A stretch of 64,000 bases of DNA from an uncultured Alphaproteobacteria bacterium (GTDB taxonomy: Bacteria; Pseudomonadota; Alphaproteobacteria; RF32; CAG-239), in assembly GCA_934254925.1 (NCBI GenBank), contig CAKQMD010000003.1:17727-81726 (forward strand), written 5' to 3'. The translations under genes and the position numbers were made by a program. The notes under the pieces are model-generated. The model was given only the letters and a program-made list of their open reading frames with translations. It made no database searches and was not told the DNA's origin. Positions 46,569 through 55,973 of this stretch are shown here, piece by piece (the stretch's first letter is position 1; each line of letters opens with the position of its first letter).

Positions 46569-47675
46569 ATGAAAAAATATCAGAATGTCGGCGTCAGCGT
46601 TCTTTCCGCGGGGATTTTGGCCTTGTTAGCCGCTGTTCCGGCCCGGGCGTTTATTCCCATCCCGGTGGTCGACGTCGAGAGTACGCGCAACAGCATTCAG
46701 ACGACCCTGACGTCCATCAAGGAAACCAAGTTTATTACCGATGCCACCAAAGTGGCAAATGAAACTAGTGCCACTATCGGCAAAGCCAAAAAAACAATGA
46801 GCGAATATGCGGCGGACGAGGTCAAAAAAGCCCAAGAACTCAAAAAGAAAGTCGAAAAACGCAAAAAACAGATTGAAGCCTACCAAAAACAAGCCAAAGA
46901 ATACCAAAGTTTGGTTGAGGAAAAAGTCGATGAAGCCAAACAAACTGTTAACAGCGCCAAAGAGACCTATAACCAAGCTCAAGACACTTATAATCAAGCC
47001 AAAGAAACGGCCTCTGCCGTGACGGAAGCCGCCAGCGATAAGCTTAATGCCGCAAAGGAAAAAGTCTCTCCGTCCGGCAATGTTCCTGCCGCAGCGGAGC
47101 AAACCGCTTCCGATACCGCACCGACAACTCCGTCCACGACGCGACGCACCTTTGGCGTGCCTTATTCTGCCGTAATGACGCCTTATCCAGCTTATGCCAC
47201 GGCTGGTCACAGCGAAACTCTGGCTTTTGCGGATATTCTGAGCAGTGACGGCGGCTACAGCGAAGACGGCGACGGGATTCCCGTTTTCCCGATGGAACTG
47301 GCCTTGGAATGCGGGCTAAGCAGCGATGATGCCAAAAAAGACACCGCCATAACCGATTGCCTCGATAAGATTTGCGAAAAATACAAGGGAAACCAGCAAG
47401 AACGTTCGACGGCAATGACGTTGATGGCCAAAATCGTCAAAAGCCAGGCGGCTTACAACATTGCCCGTGCCATTAAGATTCAGGCCGATGCCGCCGCTTT
47501 TGAAAAGAATGTTCAGGAAGGAATAGACAATGCGGCACAAAAAGCCACGACCAGCCGTGACGATACTTCTGCAACCACGGCGGCAATTACGGCCGGTGCT
47601 GATTTGCTTAATCAGCTGAATATGTTGCAAAGCGGCATTATGGCTCTGGAAGCGATGGACGGCTACTGTAAGTAA
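46569..47675 (+). CDS. VirB5/TrbJ-like minor pilus/adhesin component (368 aa)
   Basis: Signal peptide ...AAVPARA/F followed directly by IPIPVVDVESTRNSIQTTLTSIKE. This is the (G)IPVxD...Q start typical of mature VirB5/TrbJ. A long helical region follows. It sits right after VirB4. Confidence 0.6.
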   Translation: MKKYQNVGVSVLSAGILALLAAVPARAFIPIPVVDVESTRNSIQTTLTSIKETKFITDATKVANETSATIGKAKKTMSEYAADEVKKAQELKKKVEKRKKQIEAYQKQAKEYQSLVEEKVDEAKQTVNSAKETYNQAQDTYNQAKETASAVTEAASDKLNAAKEKVSPSGNVPAAAEQTASDTAPTTPSTTRRTFGVPYSAVMTPYPAYATAGHSETLAFADILSSDGGYSEDGDGIPVFPMELALECGLSSDDAKKDTAITDCLDKICEKYKGNQQERSTAMTLMAKIVKSQAAYNIARAIKIQADAAAFEKNVQEGIDNAAQKATTSRDDTSATTAAITAGADLLNQLNMLQSGIMALEAMDGYCK

Positions 47676-47688
47676 CGGGAAGAAAGCC

Positions 47689-48450
47689 ATGTTGAAGGGG
47701 ATGAAGACATTTTTAGGGCTGATCTTGGGGGGAATCCCGCTCTCGGCTCTGGCGCAGATGACCAATCCGGCTGCCAATGTGCTGGATAAGCTCAGCAATG
47801 TCGATCATCAGTTAAAATCGGTTCAACGTGACTACGCCGACCAATATCAGAAATTCACCAATAAAAAAACCGGTATCATGGGTTTCGTTTCTTCGGCAAG
47901 ATCAACGCTGGAAGATGCGCAGGCTTTAAAGGAAGACGCTGAACTGGAACTGCAGAAGGTGCAGGATCTGAAAGAAAACATTGAAACGCAGGTCGAAGAA
48001 GGCAAAAATATGGTGGCAGAGACACAGCGTCAGGCGGAATCTCTGCGCCAAGCGCAGGCTGCCCTGCAGGCCAAGGCTGAAGAAGCCGCCGCCCGAAAAG
48101 AAGAGCTTATGGCTCGCAAAAATGCCGTTCAAATCCCTTCTTTAGAAAATAAAAAGGCAACCGCATCGTCCGTATCGACAAAGGAAAATCCTGCGGTTTC
48201 TTCTGTGGTAACGCCGATTCCCGCGCGTCGCAGCTTTAATCGTTCTTCAGACAAAGGCGAGACAACGCCGAGCGTTATCGATCCGGCGGCGGTTGAAGAC
48301 GTCTTGTATGCGGAAGATTTGGACGAAGAAAGTCAAACCGAAGAAAAGGCGGAAACTTCGGCGGTGGAAGAAAAACGCGTCGACGAAAAAAAGGAGAATT
48401 TAACACGACGACCTTTTCAAAAGTTTTCCGGGGAGAACGCCAATGATTAA
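47689..48450 (+). CDS. secreted coiled-coil protein (253 aa)
   Basis: Signal peptide ...IPLSALA/QMT, a heptad-rich E/K/Q/A segment and an acidic tail. No TM helix. Confidence 0.7.
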   Translation: MLKGMKTFLGLILGGIPLSALAQMTNPAANVLDKLSNVDHQLKSVQRDYADQYQKFTNKKTGIMGFVSSARSTLEDAQALKEDAELELQKVQDLKENIETQVEEGKNMVAETQRQAESLRQAQAALQAKAEEAAARKEELMARKNAVQIPSLENKKATASSVSTKENPAVSSVVTPIPARRSFNRSSDKGETTPSVIDPAAVEDVLYAEDLDEESQTEEKAETSAVEEKRVDEKKENLTRRPFQKFSGENAND

Positions 48451-48901
48451 AACAAGTTTAAGTTTGCTTTTGTTCGGCGCGGTATTTTTTCAGGCAGCTG
48501 CTCTTCAGGCTTCTTTCCTGCCGAAGAATTATCTGAGCGAAGACAATCAGGCCGATCCCGAAAAAATTCTCGAAACCAATAGCCCTTCGGTGCGCAACGC
48601 CCAAGAAGGAATCAACCAAGAACGCGAAAAGATGATTCGCAAAGGCGACCTGTTGGCGGATGTCTACGCATTGGCTATTTCCACTCGCGCCAATCTGGCC
48701 AAAGAGGAAAGCCGGGACAAAGGAGAGAAGGTGAAAAGCAAAAGCGAGCGGGAAATCAACAAGAATGAAACCGCCCATTATCTGAAAAGCATCAATAAAC
48801 GCTTAAATGAGATAGCCAATCTTCAGGCTGCCGTTTCCAACTATAAATCAACGGCCATATTGATGAAGTATGACCAATACCAGACGACAAAAGAGGAATA
48901 A
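48443..48901 (+). CDS. small secreted protein (152 aa)
   Basis: Signal peptide MIKTSLSLLLFGAVFFQAAALQA/S. Overlaps the upstream gene by 8 nt. Confidence 0.65.
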   Translation: MIKTSLSLLLFGAVFFQAAALQASFLPKNYLSEDNQADPEKILETNSPSVRNAQEGINQEREKMIRKGDLLADVYALAISTRANLAKEESRDKGEKVKSKSEREINKNETAHYLKSINKRLNEIANLQAAVSNYKSTAILMKYDQYQTTKEE

Positions 48902-48904
48902 GCC

Positions 48905-50182
48905 ATGAAAACGCCTTTGACATTGTTTCTGCTTACCGGCTTTATGATCCTCGGACCGCATGCCCTGCCGGCACGGGGCCAGGTGGTTGTTGACGCGCCT
49001 AAGGCCGTCGGCAAGGTTACGGAAGCTTTCGGCAAGGTTGAAGAAAAATTGGGCGATGCGATGGACAGTGTGGCAAACTCTGCCTTGGGCGCGGGAATTA
49101 ACAGTACGGTCGAAGGGGCTAAAAACGCCAAAAAATTTGTTGATGAGAAAGTTGAAAAACTAGAGCAAACTTATCAAAACAGCGATACTAAAAAAGCGAT
49201 GGATTTGGCCAAAGATATTCAAGCCCTGGAAAAACGGAGCGAAAGCTTAAAAGCAGAGCTGCAGGAAAAAAAAGAAGAGCTTGAACTCAATAAAAAAATC
49301 ATAAGCCAGGTTATGGACGGCAAGGTCAAAAATTTGCAGAACAATGCGCAACAGTTGGAAGACGCAACAGAGGACCCGCTGCGTCTGTCTTTGGCGGAGA
49401 CCCAAAAAGTTCAGGCTCAGGAACTGCAGGCCAAATTGCAGGATCAGCTTGGCGAGTTGGATGCTTCCTTCTTAAATGAACAGAAGAAAATCCTTGAAGA
49501 ATTGGCAGATATTGCCGAAGAAAGTACAGAACTTACCAATCGTGCGGCGGCTCTCGGCAAGGTTAACGTTGAGGTGACGATTCCCAAGGAGATTTCAGCA
49601 GTCAAACAAGACATCACCTTGCCGAATGTCGCAGACTATATTCCCTCTGCGGAGGAAATTGCGGAAGTGTTTGAAAAACGCCAAAAGAGCGCTCAAAAAA
49701 ATCGAAAAGAAAACGCCAATAAGGCCGTGGAAGCCCTTTTTGACGTACCAACCGACAGAAAAAAGGTTAATGAAACCGCCGGAGCGCAGGATGTTATGTC
49801 TAATACTTCCGATGCCGCTAAAGTCAGTACCAAAGTTTTGCTGGAACAGTTGAAGATCCTTCAAACCTATGTCAACCTAGTGGTGTTAGATTTGCAAAAT
49901 CAATCATCGGCGGCCTTGTCGAACTTAGGGGCGCAAACCAAAGATCCTGATGCAGATTACAGTCGTTTTGATTTGGAACAGTATAACCCCAAAAAAAGCC
50001 AAAACAAGCTGAACATCACGGCAGCCAAAGAGGCATTGGGCGGCTTGAGGGAAAAGATCGGCGACTATAAGGAACAAGTAGTCAATACCGTGCAGAGTGT
50101 GAAGGAACAGGTCGGTTCTCAGGAAGCGAAAAACTTTAATTTGCAAAATCTGGTATCCGGCAGCAAAGGAGGCGGCTTATGA
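48905..50182 (+). CDS. secreted coiled-coil protein (425 aa)
   Basis: Signal peptide ...GPHALPARG/QVVVDAP, then long helical E/K/Q/L-rich sequence. No TM helix. Confidence 0.7.
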   Translation: MKTPLTLFLLTGFMILGPHALPARGQVVVDAPKAVGKVTEAFGKVEEKLGDAMDSVANSALGAGINSTVEGAKNAKKFVDEKVEKLEQTYQNSDTKKAMDLAKDIQALEKRSESLKAELQEKKEELELNKKIISQVMDGKVKNLQNNAQQLEDATEDPLRLSLAETQKVQAQELQAKLQDQLGELDASFLNEQKKILEELADIAEESTELTNRAAALGKVNVEVTIPKEISAVKQDITLPNVADYIPSAEEIAEVFEKRQKSAQKNRKENANKAVEALFDVPTDRKKVNETAGAQDVMSNTSDAAKVSTKVLLEQLKILQTYVNLVVLDLQNQSSAALSNLGAQTKDPDADYSRFDLEQYNPKKSQNKLNITAAKEALGGLREKIGDYKEQVVNTVQSVKEQVGSQEAKNFNLQNLVSGSKGGGL

Positions 50183-53100
50183 TGAAATATGGCAAATGGG
50201 CGCTTGCCGCCGCAATGATTGCTTTGTTGCTGCCCGCAAAAGTCCGCAGTCAAACGTCGACGATTGATCCGGCGTCAACGGCAGCCTCTGCGGGAAAGCA
50301 GGTTGCCGGTGGTTTAACGACGGCCGGATCGATCAAGAATACTCTCACAAAAATGGCAACGGATGCCAATAAGGCCGCACAAGCCGCTTTGGGCATAACC
50401 GGAGGAGATTGGACAAGCCTTGCAAAATTTGCCAAAGGCATTCCCGGAGAAACCGGTTTTGACGTCAGTGCAACAAATTTCAAAAAATATCAAAGCAAAG
50501 AAGCCGTAAAGAAAATGTTTACCGAATATTTTCTGCGCTATCCGACCAATCCGGATTACAGCACGGCGGGAAAGCTGGAATATGAAAATGCTTTTGAGCG
50601 CTTTTATGAAGGAACTGTGCTTGAAGTCTACAACAGTTCAACAGAACTTAAAAAGTATCTGGACATAACGGTTGCCGACAAAGTGGCCGCCGTGGAAAAA
50701 GCGCTGACCGAAGGCGGTTCCGGCCTGCCGGACCCTTCGGCGGACAATGAAAGCAAATTTAATAACGCCAAGGCTTATGAAGCTTATGATCAATTGCTGA
50801 GCGTTTTGCAGAAAGCGCTGGCACTGCAGGCACAGCTTTTGGCGGCCGAAAGAGTCAAGAGCGGTGAGGTACGTCCTGTCTATATTCCGAAATCTTCCGA
50901 TAAAAAGGCGGCGCTGCAGCCTTCCGGTGCTTTTAAAATTGCCGGGATGATGCCGCTGGCCTTTGCCAAAACGGCGGAAGAGGCCGATGATCAAGAGGAA
51001 AAAACGCCTGCCGTCTCTCCTGATGAAATTAATGCCGAGATCGGCGGCACAATAACCATGGTGACGCTGCCAGCGTCGGAAAAAGTTCATCCTTTTGTTT
51101 CGGCGGCGGACAAGATTGATGCCTTGGCGGCCTTGGAAGAAGTCAACCAGGAAATTGTCGCCGCAACCCGCAGCCACAATATGGTCAACAGCCTGAAGGA
51201 TTATCGCGAAAACGCTTTGGCTTATCAACGAATGAAAAAAATGCACCAAAGGGTTTTGGAACTGCTGAAAATCTCTGATACCTGTGCTAAAAATTTTCTT
51301 GGTCGTCATTTTGAGCAACCGGAGGCTTTGTGGTCCGGCGGCGCAATAGGCGACAACGTAGCCGCGCATGAACTACGCCGCGGCCTTTCCGCCTGGGCAA
51401 TAGATGCTTATGATGTTGCCAAGGCCGCTTCGCTTTCTCCGGTTTCATATGACGACGCCGGCGCGATTTCCCTTTCTTCAGATGAAGATGACGAACAAGA
51501 CGCTGAGGAGAAAAGCCTTAGTTTGGAAGAACGGCAAGCGCAGGCCGAGAAAACCATCAATTCGCAGTCGACGGGCCTGTCCAATCCCGGAGACGAAGAT
51601 CAAATTGCGGCGGAAAACCGTGCCATTAACCTGATTTCTTGGCAAATCGGCGCCGAAGCCGTCAAGTCATTGGCCGCCACGCCCCAGACTTGGGGAGCCG
51701 TCGGCGGTTTTCCTTTGTGGACGGATACCAAACTTTTCTATAAGCAGTACCTGGACGGCAAATATGCCAATATCCGACAGTTGCTCAAGGATCAGATAGA
51801 TCTGGAGCAGGTAAAATATCAGGTGGCCGATAGTTTGAAAATGCCGCTGCTGGTCGCCTCGGAAAAAGAGATAACCCAACGCCGTGAGGACTTACAAAAA
51901 ATCGAAGATAATTTGGAAGCAGAAGAAACCCGGTTGGCCGCACAACGCAAAAGTGCCGTCGATGCCATCATCAGCCGTCGGGACGCAACGATAAAAAACC
52001 TGGAGGCGCAAAAGAAGGCTCTGAACCTGCAGCTTAATGAAATCGGCAATAAGGTGAAGCAATACAAGCAGGCGCTTGAAGATTATCAAAACCAGTTGCA
52101 GGAAGACGCAACCCAATCGTTAATTGACGAAGTAACCAAGGATCCCCTGGCCGGGTATACCGGAGCGGCTTTGGAATCCCGTTATTTTTATCGTAACCGG
52201 GAGGAAATGGCTTTTGCCGCGGTGACCGTGCAGGAAGAACAGACGGATGAAGAGCGAACGGAGGCGGAAACCGTTGCGCCGGAAGCTTCTGTCGTCATTG
52301 AGGAAAGCGGTTATGAGGCAACCGTCGGCAACAACAAGGAAATCAACCTGGATGCCAGTTACCAAAAGGCCTTGTCCCGCCTGCAATCCGGCGAAACCGA
52401 AGAAACTCTGCGCCAAGAAATCAAAAGCGCCGAAGCGGAGCTGCAAAAGCTTTCTGCCCGCGTTGAAGAAATTAACGAACAAATTCGTCAAGCCAAATTT
52501 GCCGCGCAAAACGAAATTTCCGAACAGTCCCGCCAATCTCTTGCAGCGGTTGAAGCAGCCGAAGCCCAGGCCGAGCAGGCGCGCGACGCTTTGGAAAAGT
52601 CTTATGCCGCCAAATTGACGCAGGCCGCTGCCGGCATTTTGGCTCCCCAGTTGACGCTGATCCGGCAAAATATTAATGCCGCAGCCAAGGCTTCGGTCAA
52701 AGACCTGGAAAATTTGCTGGATGCCCGCATTAACCAAGCACAAAAGGAGTTGGAGGCTTTGGGTGATGAATTGTACGATCCCCGACAACATGATAAAGTC
52801 GTCAAGATTCATCAGCGCCTGATTGATGATCTGAAAATAATGATGTTAACCGTCAAAAATCCCCTCAAAAGCGGCAATTTAATGTCTGTCCCTCTGTTTG
52901 CCGCCGTCTTGTCGGCGGATACGTCCCCCGAGACGGAGGAGTACTTTATCGGCTCCCGCGGCAAAACCCGAGATCTTAAGGCGCCGCGCCCGGCTCCGGA
53001 TTTCAATCTGCCGCCTTTGCGCGAAATTGTGCATTTTGACGAGACAGATAAGGAAAATACGCTGCCGACGATAACCTCCGGCGCCAATCGCGTTGACAAC

Positions 53101-54135
53101 CCTGCGGTGGCAACGGACGCCTTTTTGAACTACGGCGGCGAGATTCCGCCGATCTGGCAGTTGATGCTGCAGGATAAGGTGTTTGTCGAAAAAGACTTTA
53201 ACCTCAAGGCGGCCCTCAATACCGGCTGCGTTAGCGAAGCCTTTTACCGCGGCGGTATTTTCCCCTGCCGCATCAAAGACAGCGAACGGGTTGTCACTGT
53301 CAACGGCAACGGCAGTTATGTCTTTGACAATTCCGCCGCAGTCGCCGAATGTCCTTATCTGACCGTGCGCGGCGGGTCCCTTGTTTATGATACCAAAACC
53401 GAAGGCTCGGCTGTCGTGACTACCCGCGATCCTGCTCAAGCATCTGATGCCGCCTGCGAATACAGCGAACTGGGAATCTTTTTTGAAGCAGATGAGAACA
53501 ATGTCCTTCACATGCGTCCCAATGCCAACGCTGTCTTCGTCTTTTTGAAGGAGCAGGAAGACAAGTTCGGTCAAAATCAGGACCTGACAAGCGATTCCGA
53601 AAAAATCCGCAAAGGGCTTTATGACCATGCGCCCTTGTCCCGTAATCAGATCGGAGACTTTTTGACCTTTGTCGAAATGGAAGACAAATACCGCAAATCC
53701 GTGGAAGAGCTGCAGCAAAGTTATGAAGAGAACAAACAGGACCTGCGAGATTTGTTAAGCGAGTTCGGCCTGGCTCCGACCGAAGATTTTGATTTGGCGA
53801 AAGAGGCGGATTACCAACTTGTCCGCGACAAGTTGGATCGGCTTAAAAACCGCAGCATCCGCAATGCCCGCACGGCCCTTGGCACCATCGAGGCGGAAGA
53901 CGACGTTATCAACGAGCGTACCGGTCTTTATGAAAAACAGTTGAAAGCTCTGGAACTGGATAAAAACGAAATGGTGCCCGTCAGCGGCAGTGAGGTTGAT
54001 CTTGCCGCCCTGAGCGAGGAGATAAAAACCGCCGAAGCCGACCAAAACGTTGCCGACGCCTACCGTAAAACGGCTGATGAGATGTTTGAAAAAAATCTGA
54101 ATAACCTCTCTTATCCTTATTGCGCAATTTATTAA
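50179..54135 (+). CDS. giant secreted protein (1318 aa), helical/coiled-coil N-terminal two-thirds, Cys-containing globular C-terminal third
   Basis: Signal peptide MMKYGKWALAAAMIALLLPAKVRS/Q. No further hydrophobic helices. ATGA overlap with the upstream gene. Confidence 0.75.
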   Translation: MMKYGKWALAAAMIALLLPAKVRSQTSTIDPASTAASAGKQVAGGLTTAGSIKNTLTKMATDANKAAQAALGITGGDWTSLAKFAKGIPGETGFDVSATNFKKYQSKEAVKKMFTEYFLRYPTNPDYSTAGKLEYENAFERFYEGTVLEVYNSSTELKKYLDITVADKVAAVEKALTEGGSGLPDPSADNESKFNNAKAYEAYDQLLSVLQKALALQAQLLAAERVKSGEVRPVYIPKSSDKKAALQPSGAFKIAGMMPLAFAKTAEEADDQEEKTPAVSPDEINAEIGGTITMVTLPASEKVHPFVSAADKIDALAALEEVNQEIVAATRSHNMVNSLKDYRENALAYQRMKKMHQRVLELLKISDTCAKNFLGRHFEQPEALWSGGAIGDNVAAHELRRGLSAWAIDAYDVAKAASLSPVSYDDAGAISLSSDEDDEQDAEEKSLSLEERQAQAEKTINSQSTGLSNPGDEDQIAAENRAINLISWQIGAEAVKSLAATPQTWGAVGGFPLWTDTKLFYKQYLDGKYANIRQLLKDQIDLEQVKYQVADSLKMPLLVASEKEITQRREDLQKIEDNLEAEETRLAAQRKSAVDAIISRRDATIKNLEAQKKALNLQLNEIGNKVKQYKQALEDYQNQLQEDATQSLIDEVTKDPLAGYTGAALESRYFYRNREEMAFAAVTVQEEQTDEERTEAETVAPEASVVIEESGYEATVGNNKEINLDASYQKALSRLQSGETEETLRQEIKSAEAELQKLSARVEEINEQIRQAKFAAQNEISEQSRQSLAAVEAAEAQAEQARDALEKSYAAKLTQAAAGILAPQLTLIRQNINAAAKASVKDLENLLDARINQAQKELEALGDELYDPRQHDKVVKIHQRLIDDLKIMMLTVKNPLKSGNLMSVPLFAAVLSADTSPETEEYFIGSRGKTRDLKAPRPAPDFNLPPLREIVHFDETDKENTLPTITSGANRVDNPAVATDAFLNYGGEIPPIWQLMLQDKVFVEKDFNLKAALNTGCVSEAFYRGGIFPCRIKDSERVVTVNGNGSYVFDNSAAVAECPYLTVRGGSLVYDTKTEGSAVVTTRDPAQASDAACEYSELGIFFEADENNVLHMRPNANAVFVFLKEQEDKFGQNQDLTSDSEKIRKGLYDHAPLSRNQIGDFLTFVEMEDKYRKSVEELQQSYEENKQDLRDLLSEFGLAPTEDFDLAKEADYQLVRDKLDRLKNRSIRNARTALGTIEAEDDVINERTGLYEKQLKALELDKNEMVPVSGSEVDLAALSEEIKTAEADQNVADAYRKTADEMFEKNLNNLSYPYCAIY

Positions 54136-54151
54136 TCTGAGGCAAACTGGG

Positions 54152-54910
54152 ATGATGAACAAGGAAAATAACATTTTAGACGGCAGCAAGGTCCTGGCCA
54201 TTGAAGACGGTAATGCCCGCCCGGAGTTTATCGAGGAGCTTGACGAAGTCACCGAAGGCTACAAGCTCAAATATTATTTGTGGCTGTCGCGGCTGTTTAT
54301 TGTTTTGGCCGTTTCTTCCCTGCTGCTGATGACCAGTGCCTCTCTGGCTTTGTTCAAGTTGGCGCCGATGGTCAGTGTCGAACCTTTTTTAATGATCTCT
54401 CAAGATACCAGCGAAGGCATTGTCCGCGACGAACCGATTTCCTACGACATGAGCTCGCGCGAAAAAATGATGGAAACCTTCATTCGGCAGTACATCATCT
54501 TTCGCAACACCATCATTAATGACCCAATAGAAATGCGCAGCCGCTGGCTTCCCGGCGGTATTGTGAATTTTTTGTCGTCGGACGAAGTTTTTGACGCTTT
54601 TTTCCGTCAGGTATCCTCCACTTGGGAAGATATTTTTAAAATGTCGCTGGTCCGCGAGGTGGAGATCATTTCCATTGGTCGCCTCGGCGGTCCGCGCAGT
54701 CCGGTTTGGAAGGTGGATTTCCGCACGTATGACATGTACGAGGTTGAGGGCCGGGGCGTCGCGCGCGAAACCACGCTTAAAACGCGCTATTGGACCGCTT
54801 CCGTCACGCCTTATTTCATTCAGGATCGTATGTTTATGGGGCGTCGCCTGATCAATCCGCTTGGTTTTACCGTCACGCGCTATTCTCAGGCCGAAGTGGA
54901 AATCTTCTAA
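54152..54910 (+). CDS. virB8: VirB8-like protein, copy 1
   Basis: Bitopic: cytoplasmic N-terminus, then a TM helix (LFIVLAVSSLLLMTSASLALF). The periplasmic domain has ETFIRQYIIFRNT, YWTASVTPYF and the C-terminal NPLGFTVTRYS hallmark. Confidence 0.85.
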   Translation: MMNKENNILDGSKVLAIEDGNARPEFIEELDEVTEGYKLKYYLWLSRLFIVLAVSSLLLMTSASLALFKLAPMVSVEPFLMISQDTSEGIVRDEPISYDMSSREKMMETFIRQYIIFRNTIINDPIEMRSRWLPGGIVNFLSSDEVFDAFFRQVSSTWEDIFKMSLVREVEIISIGRLGGPRSPVWKVDFRTYDMYEVEGRGVARETTLKTRYWTASVTPYFIQDRMFMGRRLINPLGFTVTRYSQAEVEIF

Positions 54911-55014
54911 GCTGTTGATATATTTTTCTTGGTATTAGACTTTTAAACCAAAAGAGTTTAATTTGTATTCATCTGGATATTTGTCTTTTATATATAAAGA
55001 AAGGATAATAAGCG

Positions 55015-55203
55015 ATGTTTACAACCCTGAGACTGTTGCTGGTCGCCTCTTTGTTCGCGTTGACCGGCTGTTTTGGTTCTTATTATGAGCCGGAACCTGT
55101 CGGGATCGGTAAAGCGGCCGACGAACTCAAACTGTCTCCCTGCGCCTGTCTGCAGCTGGATCTTCCTCAGGAACTTCCGGACTGGTTTGTAGCGGTTATT
55201 TAG
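55015..55203 (+). CDS. VirB7-like small lipoprotein (62 aa)
   Basis: Lipobox LFALTGC. Its small size and its position beside VirB8/VirB9 fit VirB7. Confidence 0.5.
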   Translation: MFTTLRLLLVASLFALTGCFGSYYEPEPVGIGKAADELKLSPCACLQLDLPQELPDWFVAVI

Positions 55204-55225
55204 TTTTTTATAAAGGCGCGAGGTT

Positions 55226-55954
55226 ATGGTCAACGAGCTGGAGGGGAACAACACTTCTCAAAAATTAATCGGCGGGCAGGGACGGCGCGTCCAGTCGCGT
55301 TCGACCTCCTCTGACGTGTTCGTGGCTAATGTCGGGGAAAAGCGTTATCTTTGGACGGCGCGTGCTTTTGCCGTCATTACCGCCATCAGCTTGTGCTGCA
55401 ATCTTGTTCTGATTTTGGCGCTGTATCAGGTTTTGCCATTGTATCGCATTGAGCCTTTCTTGTTGACTTTTCAGAACCGTTCCGAGCAAGTTTATAACAT
55501 TCAGCCGCTGCAGGGTGGTCTTAAAAATGAAAAAGCCGTCACCGAGGTTTTTATCCGCGAATACGTCTTGCTGCGCAGCACTTTTGACCGTGATGTTGCG
55601 GAAATGGAAACTCGTTGGATGCCCAACGGACCGATTCAGGAAATGTCTTCGCCCAAAGTGTACAGCGATTTTCTTGAAAATACCGCAAAAAAAGCCTTGG
55701 CTGCCATTCGTAGCCGCGGTCTGATGCGCGAAGTGAAAATTCTTTCGGTTAACGAATTAAGTCCGGGATTGTGGCAAGTGGAATATGAAACCCGCGACAT
55801 GTATCCCGATTCGTCGCGGCCGGAGGTCAACTATTGGACGGCGTCGCTGCGGGTGGCCTACCGTCGCAAAAGCGTCAGATACGGCGACAGGCTCAAAAAT
55901 CCGGTCGGCTTTACCGTAACGGCATATTCGTTAACCTATAATAAGGTTGAGTAA
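55226..55954 (+). CDS. virB8: VirB8-like protein, copy 2
   Basis: Same architecture as copy 1: TM helix AFAVITAISLCCNLVLILALY, then EVFIREYVLLRST, YWTASLRVAY and NPVGFTVTAYS. Confidence 0.85.
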   Translation: MVNELEGNNTSQKLIGGQGRRVQSRSTSSDVFVANVGEKRYLWTARAFAVITAISLCCNLVLILALYQVLPLYRIEPFLLTFQNRSEQVYNIQPLQGGLKNEKAVTEVFIREYVLLRSTFDRDVAEMETRWMPNGPIQEMSSPKVYSDFLENTAKKALAAIRSRGLMREVKILSVNELSPGLWQVEYETRDMYPDSSRPEVNYWTASLRVAYRRKSVRYGDRLKNPVGFTVTAYSLTYNKVE

Positions 55955-55973
55955 GTGGGAGATATTTAAAATC

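Noticed and set aside
50179-54135. Assigning the 1318-aa protein as an extended VirB6 (as in Rickettsiales RvhB6) because of its position
   Set aside because: VirB6/TrbL proteins are polytopic. This protein has only a cleavable signal peptide and no further hydrophobic helices.
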